From positions 37,944,001-38,008,000 of the forward strand of contig CM114271.1 of assembly GCA_050084515.1 (NCBI GenBank): a stretch of 64,000 nucleotides of DNA. Reading direction: 5' to 3'. The stretch comes from Blasia pusilla. Its lineage: Eukaryota. The first letter of the stretch is position 1. The number at the start of each line of letters is the position of its first letter. Positions 50,047 through 60,985 of the stretch are shown here, one piece after another. The translations under genes and the position numbers were made by a program. Below the pieces are notes generated by a model that saw nothing but the letters and a program-made list of their open reading frames with translations, was not told where the DNA came from and did no database searches.

Positions 50047-51605
50047 CTAAGGGTTGTAGGTTGTGTTAGGAGAAGTGCTAGGTAGATTGGATTGGCTTGA
50101 AGTCCTCTGTTGTTGCTCTTCCTCGTGTTCTCGAATCCAATGTTCCATTTTAGCATCATCTTCGTCTATTTTAGGCCCCTCGGAGTCAAAATTTTCAGTA
50201 TTGCCGATATGAGTATCCTCTCTCCCTTTGATGCCATGAATTCCACATATCACATCCACCTCCTCTAGGTCCTCATCTTGCAAGTCAAGGTTAACTTCAT
50301 GATTACCATTAAGGTTTCTTGCATGCAAGCTAGATTCACTGCCATCTTCTACTACCCGTCTAGCTTGTTCTTTTCCATCCCTTTCAAAAAGTAGTTTTTC
50401 ATGAAAGAGCAATTGTCTTGATTTCTGAGAAATACCCTTGTCTCCAAACCATGAGTTTGTGTAGATGTACACCAAATCTAGGGCAAACTCACTGGTCAAT
50501 TTATTCTTGTGCTTGTTGTGGATGAAACCATAACTACTCCAATTTCTCTCCACTAAACAAGATGAAACCACTTGTGCTAATATGGACTTAGCCACAGAGC
50601 GCAATGTTGGTACATCTTGACCGTGCATGCTCCACTAATCAAAGGGGCCAAATTAATCAACAACTTCCCTACCAAACTCATCCATAAATAGTTCCTGATA
50701 GTTCACAATGTTGCCAAACTCTCGCAAGCAAGTAGCCACATAAGAATTAGCCTCGGTGACATTGAGGCCATGCATCCTATTTGCATAAATTTTTAGATAT
50801 TATTTGAAATCTCTTATGCATTCAACATTTGAAGTGACGTCTTGGACACTATCAAGAAGATTTTAAGGGGCGAGAATGTAGCCTATTGCATGTAATTTGT
50901 TGTGGATAAGTGCCCACCGCCTAGAAATAATATCGACCATATCCGTAGCTCTAAACATTATGAAAAAATAACCGCGACGCCTCCCACCCACACCAGGCCA
51001 TGGAGTTATATGAAAAGAACGAGTCTCTTCTATTATCTAAAAAATATGGCAATAAATACGCCCCGTTATTACTTTATGACCATCACACTCTCTCAACAAA
51101 ATAATAGTTGGTTGAGCCGTAGAAAACAACTCCTCACCCTCAATCCAAAAATTAGGATTGGCATAGTAGTCTTAATCTCTCGTGCCTTCTCGTTTTGCCT
51201 TGCATCCCTACCATTGAAATAACCCCTAAAACCATTGGTGGCAACCATGGCATGGAACGCCTCCCTCAATTCTAAGATGCGTCCCAACATGATAATTTTT
51301 TTGGCAAAGCATGTGTTTGCAGGAAGCAAAAATTGTCTCTTCCTTGGATTGGTTTCCATGAATTTGGCCATCACCCAAGATGTAGTCTTCACAAATACTA
51401 CCATCTCACAAGCTTGTGCAAAAATCCTGTCCAACCAAGGCCATTTATCCCATTCTTTGTAGACTAGATCAAGAGAATGTGATACGCATCCACCCCAAAG
51501 AATATGAGGGAACTTTGCTTCGGTAAGTTTCCTTGATTCTCGCTCATTGCAAGCATTTTCCGTCACAAGTTGCAACACATTCTTTGGACCGATGCGCATG
51601 ATAGT
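50047..51605 (-). pseudogene. hAT transposase relic (DUF659-like region and C-terminal dimerisation domain), 5' part missing
   Basis: IGPKNVLQLVTENA; FPHILWGGCVSHSLDL; HGQDVPTLRSVAKSILAQVVSSCLVERNWSSYGFIHNKHKNKL. Confidence 0.88.
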
Positions 51606-51677
51606 CCTCTGGATTTACCTGTCGCCATTCGTCAAGATGTTGTTGAGGTGTTGAACCTCAATGACCCTAATGTATGG

Positions 51678-52975
51678 TGTGATACCCACAATTTTGTACT
51701 TTTAGAGATTTATACATTTTGATTCAAGGAATACAGATTCTATGAAGTGAAGATTGTACATATAAGATTGTTTTAGATATTATGTTTGTGAATTGGAAGA
51801 ATGAGTAATATTGAAATGGATCACAAAGCTCCTACGGCAAGGCAGAGAGGTGGAAAATCAAGGATTTGCCTTAGAGGAGATGGAAATGCAGTAACAAAGT
51901 CTAAAGACTAAGAGCGAAGCTTGGAAAAGACAACGAAGCCTTATTAAGAGCTTGTTAATGAAGTGCTTTGCTCGTGAACGAAGCATGATGAAGACAAAGA
52001 GGAAGAAGTACTTCGCTCTTCAGCAAAGCACGACGAATGAAGCACATGGAACAATAGCAAAGAATGCAGCAATTCATCCTTAGGAAGAGCTTCGTCCTCA
52101 AGGGAAGAAGAAGAAGTTTAGACTTCGCAGCGAAGCGAAACTAAGACTTGAAGTGATTTCAAGCGGCACACTGTAAGAATAGTTAAACTAGGAAGAGGCG
52201 CGACTTTTTGAACCAGATAGGAAGTTAGGACAGTTACGCCAAGTGGATTCATAGCGATCATAGGAAAAGATAAGAGAACCGTAGATTAAGGTAGTTACAA
52301 ACTCTCAATAGACACTAGATTCGTAAGAGACGCTTCAGATCTTTGGACCTACTACTACCTCGGAAGATATTTAAGAAGCATGAAAATAGCTATCATCATC
52401 ATTCTTTCACAAAGTCCTTATGCTGTAGGAATAGTCCGAGCAAGGGAGTAGTACCCTCTCGAGCTTGTATAACACTTTGAAGCTTACTCATTCTTGATGG
52501 AGTAGTAAAGCACTCATTTCTTCATTCTGATGTGCGATGCCTATGTTTGAGAATTTTTATTGGGTCTGCACAGTGAAGAGTGAATCAGGAGAACACTTCC
52601 ATCATTAGAATAATCAACAAGGAGTTTTAAGAAATTTTTTCGACAGAGAGTAGCCTACCTAGACGGATTTAGTTTTGAAAGTAGGAGAAGCCAGCTTCTT
52701 GTTGAGGTTTCTGTGAGGTTCTTTGATGTTGAGTAAAGATCTACCTGAGCGTGAATTCAATTCCATTGGAGAGAAGCGAGGAAAGAAATATTGGTACTAA
52801 TAGAGAGAAGAATACACTGATAAATGATTGAATCCGAATTGTAAACACTTAACTACAACTATTGCAAGATAAATGCCATCTTGAACTCTCTTTCTACATA
52901 ATCGTGATCCTCTTGGGGATCGAACTCATTAAATTACTGTAAAAAGATCAATTCTTAAACTTTTGATATATTACA
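51678..52975 (+). mobile_element. Solo LTR related to the Athila-like element
   Basis: TGTGATACCCAC...ATTACA with perfect TSD TATGG; colinear with, but diverged from, 3900-5129. Confidence 0.92.
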
Positions 52976-54237
52976 TATGGATGTGAGCGTGTTCTCAAAG
53001 GGCAGAATTCTTTCATAGAGTGATGTCCATGGCATTTGAGAACTTGGCGATATCTATTACATAGCGTCGGTACGTTCAAGTATGTGACTATTCGGGGAGG
53101 TGGTTATTGACCAACTATCCAAAGGTTTCATCAGGGAGATTGTGTCAACTTATAACAAACGGCACCTACGACATTGGATGTGATCAAGGCATATTATCTT
53201 GAGAGTGGATGATGTTTTGCCATCTGGAGGGACGCGATGGTATGATTTGGAAGAATCATGTGCGTAACTTTGCGACATATCACCTTTCTAACAATGATGA
53301 TACAGTTGATCTAAGCTTAACAATAGTTCTTGCAGGCTTGCACTATATGTTGTGTGGTTGTGCCCGTAGTGCAGCTACTATGCTAGTCTATGATGGATGT
53401 TCGAGAGGATGGCATATGGCATGTCTGACGCCACCTCTCACTAGAGTTCCTCGGGGACAATGAATATGCCTCAGATGTACATAGAGTAGGTAGTTATAGA
53501 TTTCGACTTGTGTCTACGATATGGATGACAAGAAGGCGACTAACAATGGGGCCACATGAATATCCAGAATTTTTGCTCTTAGCATCCTAGAGATGTATAT
53601 AATGATAGGGAAGGATACATGGCTATCTGGAGTTAGAGAGACCTAACCACCAAATAAGGGGGTAATTGGAGATATTTTGATACTTATCACCTCGATGTTT
53701 GGATACCATGAGTTAGCATGGGATCGTGTGTGTTTGTGTGTGCATTCAGTGATAGTGATGTATGTTGTGTAGCGTTATATGTGGCACAATAGTTGTCATA
53801 TATTTTAGGGTAGATCGACTAGATCTAGTAGAGCACCTTCTAGGATAATGGAGGAAAGCCTCAAGAGGTCGAGGGTGACCTGCTGGGGCTACAGATAACC
53901 TGAGAGAGGAGGTTTCCCCTTCGTTTCAGCTCATTGGGAGCCATACATAGAAACTTACTATTTCAAGTAAGTTTCCATTTTGAGCATAGTTTCCTTTCCA
54001 TTTTGGAAAGTTGCCTTTGACCCCCTATAGTAGATCAAGAGCCAAGGATGTGACTTGCGAGCATAGGTTACCGTGGAGAGGGCTTGGGAGAGGGAAGGGG
54101 ATATACCTAAAGAGAGAGAGCTTTGGAGCTCATTCTCTCTATGTTGAACCTCTTGGCATGAGGCGATGGAGCTATGGTCCTCCTTGCCTTGAGTATATAA
54201 CCCAAGCCTCTCATTAGGAGACTCGGTTAGGTTTGAC

Positions 54238-54300
<63 letters not shown>
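54238..54300. repeat. (GA)n microsatellite within the A2 repeat
   Basis: About 30 GA units; the homologous site near 16936 has only a few. Confidence 0.95.
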
Positions 54301-54304
<4 letters not shown>

Positions 54305-54455
54305 GTTGAGAATGTTAATTGATTTATTTGAGATATTTTGGTACTTATTGTCTTAATATTTGAATGCTATGAGCTAGCATGGGATCATGTGTGTTTTTAT
54401 GTGTATTCGGTGATAGCAATGTATGTTTTGTAGTGATGTGTAGGCGCACGTTAAG

Positions 54456-55260
54456 TTTTCATTTCTTCCAAGTATGTAGTCTTGCCATGAAACTTTATCA
54501 AAAAATTTATTGGAGTTCTTTGAAAAACTTTGCAAAGGCCAATGGCAAATGGGTCTTTAACCAAAAGTCAAAAAATGCAAAAGTCATTCTAGACCTTGGT
54601 AATTAGATTGAGACGAAGAAAAGACTTCTTTATTTTTCATTTCTTCCAAGTATATGCTCTTGCCCTGAAATTTTGTTACCTTATTTATAAGAGTGCTTCT
54701 AGAAATTTTGGAAAATTTTATAGCAATCAAAAGTCCAAAAAAGCAAAGGTCATTGTAAACTTTGGGGATTAAATCAGGAAAGAAAAAAGGACTTGTAGAT
54801 TTTTTTCAATTTTTTCCTTCTATATGATCTTGCCTTGAAATTTTGGCAACTTTTATATGGGAAAATTTACCTTACCTTGAAAATTTGTCATGTTTTTTAT
54901 ACAAGTGTTCCCAAAAACCTTTCAAAATTTCATGGCAAATGGATGTTCAACCCAAAGTAAAAAAATCCAAGGTCATTCTAGACCTTGGTGAGTAGACAAA
55001 AAAAGAAAAAAATGACTTGTGTATTTTTCATTCATTCCAAGTATATGCTCTTGCCTTGAAACTTTACCATTTTTTTATAGGAGTATTTCCAAAAATCGTG
55101 AAAAAATTCATGCCAATTGGATGTTGAACTTAAAGTCCAAAAATACAAAGGTCATTCTAGACCTTGGTGATTGGATCAAGAAAGAAAAATGAACTTAGGT
55201 TTTTTTTTTCCTTGTATATGCTCTTGCCTTGAAACTTTATAAACCTTTTTTGAAGTAGTG
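54456..55260. repeat. Diverged ~180-bp tandem repeat, about 4-5 copies
   Basis: TTCCAAGTATATGCTCTTGCC.TGAAA and GTCATTCTAGACCTTGGT motifs recur at ~180-210 bp spacing. Confidence 0.75.
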
Positions 55261-58200
55261 TTTTAAAAAACCTTGCAAACATTTTATAAGTGTTTCCCTA
55301 AAAGTTTGTTGCAAAGTTGTTTTAAAGAGTGTTCCCTTGCAAAGTTTTTTGTTACACATTTTGATTATTTTCTCTACTACTTACTTATTTCCCACGTGAT
55401 GCATTTGATTACAGGCATGGAAAAAAAAAACCACAAATCGAGATATAGAGTAAAGTTCTTACACACATGTTGAATGTATAGAATGTAACATCATGAAAAT
55501 TGAAGAATAAAAACCTCATCTCCCTCATTCATTTAAAGAAAAGATTAACAATAGCTTATTTTGTAACTCTCCTAATTTGGCAAAATGAAAACTAGTAATT
55601 TCTTGCAAGTACAATGCACTTGATTAAATTAAATTTTATGGAAATGAAAATAATCATAGTGAGATTCTTAATTGACTTTCTAAATTTTTTTAATTAATTT
55701 TGGCTGAAAGAAGCTATCACAGATTTCTCTATCTCCCACTTCAGGGGTAAAAAACTACTCATTTTGATCCTTTTTTTTAATATAGTTTTAATTTCCCTTT
55801 TATCCAACCTTGGAAAAAACCTAAAATCACTTTCATCCTTTTGAAGAATATTTATTTTCCACTCTTTCATGTGTATCCTCTCTCATTTTTCCAAAATGAC
55901 ATGTTATTTCTCCTCCAAATTTAATTAGAAATTTCAGTTTTGAATTAATCTTATGTAAATATTAATAAATAGCTATAAAAAATTTTTTTGAATTTTTTTA
56001 ACTATGAAGGATCTTAGCTCATTTTGAGGACCAAGGAATGAGCAATACTTCGAAATTTGTCCATGAAGCTATATAATGAAGCCTATTCTTAATTTTAACC
56101 TATACTTAGCTGAAAAGTAGAACGAGGGGAAGGTTTTAATAATTATATTTTTTCATTATTTTTCATTTAAAGACTTTAAAATAAAATTTCATGAAATAAA
56201 ATTCCCAATGAAATCTTCCAAAGTTCCAAACTCTCCCTCATATTTATCATCTTTTCTCATTTGAAAATTTGAATTTATTTTTTCTAAATTTATATCAAAA
56301 ATATTCTATCCAAAATTGATTTTCAAGTTTAGTTTGGAGGGAGATTTAATTTAAATTTTGAGGAAAAAATATAAAAAAGACATTTTGACAAGAATTATTC
56401 TTAAAAAAATAATAGTTCTAACCCATCTTTATTTTATTTTTTCATTTTTTTAATGTTAAATCCATATGTGTGTAATAACTTCACATTATTATCCTCCATA
56501 TGTGAGTGGTTTTAATTCCAATCATTTTACCTAGTGCATTGTGTAGGAAAATAAATTTCTAGCATACTAAACTTGTAAATTTATAAAATTTTATCTAAAA
56601 ATAAATTTGATCTAACTACAAAAACCTTTTCCCATTTAATTTTTATCTGAGTATAAGATAAAATCAAACATTAATTTAGAGGCTTCACGTATGGCACTCG
56701 TGGAGAGCTTCTCAAAATGAGTTCCAATCAATAAGAATATAGTATGTTGAATTTCCATAGTTTAACATCCAAAAAGCTTAGGGATAAATAGTAAATTTAA
56801 ATTTCCACATAATAAATATATTTCTATTAATGAAACCCTATTTTTTAAAATAGAAATTTATTATTATTAATTCCAAGAGAAATTAGTTTGAGCATATTTA
56901 TTTGATTATTTTTCTAAGCCTCATGATCAAATTTTTCTCCCCACCAAACTAAAAAAAAAAAGAAATGAAAGTCACTCTTATCCTTTTAAAGAACACATGT
57001 TCTTTCCCTCTTCGATAACTATCCTTCCTCATTTTTTCCAAAATAATAAGTAATTTCCCCTAGAAACCAATTTTTGAGTTTGAAAATTTCTTATTTTCCA
57101 TTAAATGTAACAATTTTATTATCATTTTTCAAATGAAAAAGAAAAATCATATGAGGGAGACTTATAATTTTTTATTAAGAAAGAGAAAATTTTCAACAAA
57201 GTTTTCTTTTAAAATAAAAATTACGTTTATCTCTTTCCTCTTTCTCTCCTTACTATGGGATACTCCTAGAAGTGATGGGCTGCATGAGCATTCATGCAAT
57301 CCATCACTTTGTTGGTGGGTTTTATGAAATAAGAAAAGAACTTAGAAATTAATGAAAGTTAGTAGGATGAAAATAAAGATCACATGATCTCTAAAAACTT
57401 GAATGAAAGGCTCCAACATTTTTGCCTTCATCTCCTTTGTGTACATTTTCTTGTACACATCCCACTCATGCACTCATGGAATAAAGCTATCTTCATGAAC
57501 ATTTGACGATTTTTAAGGAACTTCTTCATCTTGTCTACATCAATCCCCATTTAATGAATTGAGTTTCTTTTTTAATCATTATCAAAAAATTAAACCAAAT
57601 GTATACAAAGATATCATACATGAATGTGATCAAAGCTCTACAAAGATATCATTTCTACATGATATCCTTGAATATTTATTTTTTTCTTTGTGAAAAGGAC
57701 GAATTTATGTGTAAAGAATCAAACTATGCCAATTTCTCTCAGATTTCCTTATTTTCCAATAAAAATGAAAAAATTGAATAACGTCTGAAAAATGATAACT
57801 TCTTCTAAAATGCCAAATTCACTAGTTGGTTAGATTTGAGGTTTGAAATAAAACTATTGCACATTATATTGAGACTGTTTGCAGAAGCTTTTGATACTTC
57901 TAGCTAGATTTTACTTTTGAGAAAATTGGAAACTACCTTGCAAGACTTTGAATTGGCTTAATCTATAATATGATTGGCGATCTCATATGCATATTAAGAC
58001 AATATAGTGAGATAATAAGATAAAACAACAGCAAACTTGGAATTTTATCTCTTAATTCACACTTGATGTTTAGAGAAGCGAAAATGAATAGAAGAGGGAA
58101 ATCATTTCATTAATTAGAATTAACTAATGATTTAATTAATGTGTGTTATTTTGATGGGAGGAATGGAGGGGCAAGAGTAAGTATTGTTTAAAATTTTATT

Positions 58201-58589
58201 GAATGGTGGAATTATTTAGGGGAGTGGGATATTATTTATATTTTAATTGAATATTGGGATTATTTAGAAGAGTGGAATGTTATTATTCCTTTCAGATTTA
58301 AGAAAATAAAATTCTATTTTAATTTTTAAATAAAAACTATGATTATTTGAAAAATAAAATATTCTCATGTGTAAGCATAGGCATGCTAACTAGTTTAGTT
58401 AAATCGATGATTGTAATCTTCTTCCATAAATAAATATTCTATTTTCATCATTACGAAACTAAAAATCAGGTGTTTTATTACTAATCTACACTATGAAGGG
58501 CGTTAGCAATTTTATACAGGATCATGTATAAAACGAACTTATGTCCGTCCCTAGGATGGACGTGTCTATGCGGGCCCAAGTACCTACGA

Positions 58590-58907
58590 CAAGGTTGCAT
58601 GTGGACAAAGTCCTTGTCTGTGGACTTATGTCCGTCCTATGGAAGGACTTATCCGTATGGGCCCCATCTTTCCCTTCTTTCTCATTCCCCTTACTTGCCT
58701 TTGTGTTCCATACTCCCCCATTTCTTCCTCCCTCCACCTCCACCTCCACTCCCTCCTCCGTCATTGTTGCTCTCTTCCTTGTTTTGCCTTCCATCATGGA
58801 CTAAAAGTGTCGGTCCCACCTCTTGGAACACATGTCCATGGACATGTGCAGACTTGTCCATCCATGTCCGTCCTAAGGAAGGAATTGTCCATTTTTGTGC
58901 AACCATG
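58590..58907. mobile_element. hAT-type MITE nested in an older relative (~58518-59200)
   Basis: TIRs CAAGGTTGCA...TGCAACCATG; TSD ACCTACGA/ACCTACGG. Confidence 0.85.
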
Positions 58908-59248
58908 ACCTACGGCCCGCACTCAAGCCCACCCTCGGAGCTTGTTGAGCCCTTTCCGATTTTGTGGCTCAGGCCCGCACATGGTGTGCTAGGCCACCAT
59001 TGGATGGGCTCGCGGCCCAGAGCTTGCCTTGCGAGCCTCAGGTCTACCCAATTGTGATCGAATCTGCCATGTGTAGGGTGTGTGGGGGCCAAGACGCGGG
59101 CCACAAAACCGGTGTGGGCTCAACTAGCCTGGGTGCCCTCTACGGGCTCGGATACGGGCTGTGGGTATCTGAGCGGCATGCTCATTCCCCTATAATCTAG
59201 ATTTTATAAGGACATGGAAAGAGGAAAGAAGAGAGAGTAAGAGAGAAG

Positions 59249-59552
59249 CAAGGTTGCATGTGGAAAAAGTCCATGTCCTCGGACATGCCCAAGTCCGTCA
59301 TATGGAAAGACTTGTCCATGTGAGCCCCACCTCCCCCTTCTTTCTCATCCCTCCCACTTGCCTCCACTTAACGCACTTTCCCCTTTCTTCCTTTCCCCAC
59401 CTCCATTCCCTCCCTCGTAATTGCTCCGTCCGCCCCTACCTTGCCTTCCACCACGTGCTATAAGTGTGGGCCCCACCTCTTACACTCCATGTCCACACTT
59501 GTCCGTCCATGTCTATCTTAAGGACGGACTTGTCCATTTTTGTCCAACCATG
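59249..59552. mobile_element. hAT-type MITE
   Basis: TIRs CAAGGTTGCA...TCCAACCATG; TSD GAGAGAAG/GAGATAAG. Confidence 0.85.
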
Positions 59553-59696
59553 GAGATAAGACTAATTATAAAAAGGTGATAAATTTCTCATAAGAAAGGG
59601 AAGAATAAGGAAATTTAATATCTAATTTTCCATAAGAGAAGAAAAGTCAAATAAGTTTGAATTTTCAATAAGGATAAAAACAAGAGGGAGAAATTT

Positions 59697-59969
59697 TCAA
59701 TTAAGAGTATTCCATGCGGATTTTTTTAAGAACTGGCAAATTTTGATCAAGAGAGGGGAATAGAGATCAAAAATAATTTGGAAGACGTAAGGAAAGGGAG
59801 CTAAGATAAGGGAACAAGCGACAAAATCACTTTGCTCATAAAAAATAACATCATGACTTATAATAAGTTTCCTAGAGGATGGAATGTAGTATTTATATTC
59901 CTTAGTTCCATCAGTATGGTCAATTAAGATACATCTCTCATATTTGGAAAAAATATCACATAATATCAT
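59697..59969 (-). pseudogene. Ty1/copia pol fragment (region C-terminal to the integrase core)
   Basis: RCILIDHTDGTKEYKYYIPSSRKLIISHDVIFYE resembles the copia pattern CIFLGY...KGYR.Y.P...IISRDV.F.E. Confidence 0.65.
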
Positions 59970-60789
59970 CCCTCGTTTTATATTTGAAGGTAGGGATAAG
60001 GATTGTATGAATTATTTGTCCTTTAGTTCCAAAAAGGCTATTACTTTATTCTAGATGATAATTTGTATATACTTGCTATTTCACTTGTCTAATCCTACAC
60101 ATGTCCTTTTCTTATTTTTCACCTTTAATATCTAAAAATACTAGTAAGGGATAGCTAATAATTCTCTAACTTTAAATTAGATTATGAAAAAATATAAGTA
60201 TTACATAAGTAGAAAAAAATTCTTCCAAATTTTCATAATTGAAAGTGCATTGTGCAAGAAACTTAGATTACATTAATACTTGAGACTAATAGATATAATT
60301 CAAATTCAATATTATTTTAAAGTGTTGGTTTTATAAACCATTTTCTTTCTAGTTGTACACTATCTCATATGCTGTCATATCATGTTTTTTATTTGTCCAT
60401 CATGCAACTAAAATGTTCAAAGGTAAAAAAATCTCCTTGTAAATAAAACATAAAAAATTATTTAAACAAAACTTATGAATCATTTCAAATCAAAATGAAA
60501 TCGTAACCAACTGTTTGTGGATGAACCGTAGCTTAATGGTAGCATTGGGTTGGATCAACCCAAGAACACACAAACATTCTTTCATCTACATGGCAGCCTT
60601 CATAAACATTTCCTAGCATAAACCCTCTTTATAAAATCCTCTCCCTTCCCATGGAAAGGGAGAGGATTTTCCATGGGAAGGGTAGAGAGGGAGAATCCAT
60701 CGCCTTCCTTCTATTCCATCCCTACCCCTTGTGAGAAGATGTCGATAGACAATAGGGGAAGGGAGGGTTAAAGATAATGGAAATAGAAG

Positions 60790-60985
60790 TTTGATATACA
60801 ACATCCACTTCTCATTTAGCTCCATTAGTCTGATCCATCCCTTCTATGAAGAGAAACTTAGAATTCTAAGTGGATGGCCCCGACTTAGACTTCGAAGGAA
60901 TCATAGTTATATCATAGAGACGATTTACTAAGTAGAGAATTATTATAATGACCTAACCCTATTTTGCACTAGGATGCGAGGTTGT
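60790..60985 (+). repeat. Degenerate LTR fragment of the 42955-43399 family
   Basis: Shared colinear blocks CATCCACTTCTC, CCGACTTAGAC.TCGAAGGA.TCATAGT and CTAACCCTAT. Confidence 0.65.

Larger units (their letters stand above)
51610..54453 (+). mobile_element. 5'-truncated relative of the DNMT/PHD element: integrase tail+PHD, B1 (53667-53791), A2 (from 53794), B2 (~54328-54453); interrupted by a solo LTR
   Basis: Similar to 25335-25920 (LEGRDGMIWKNHVRN; MLCGCARSAATMLVYDGCSRGWHMACLTPPL); same terminal layout as 15020-26248. Confidence 0.8.
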
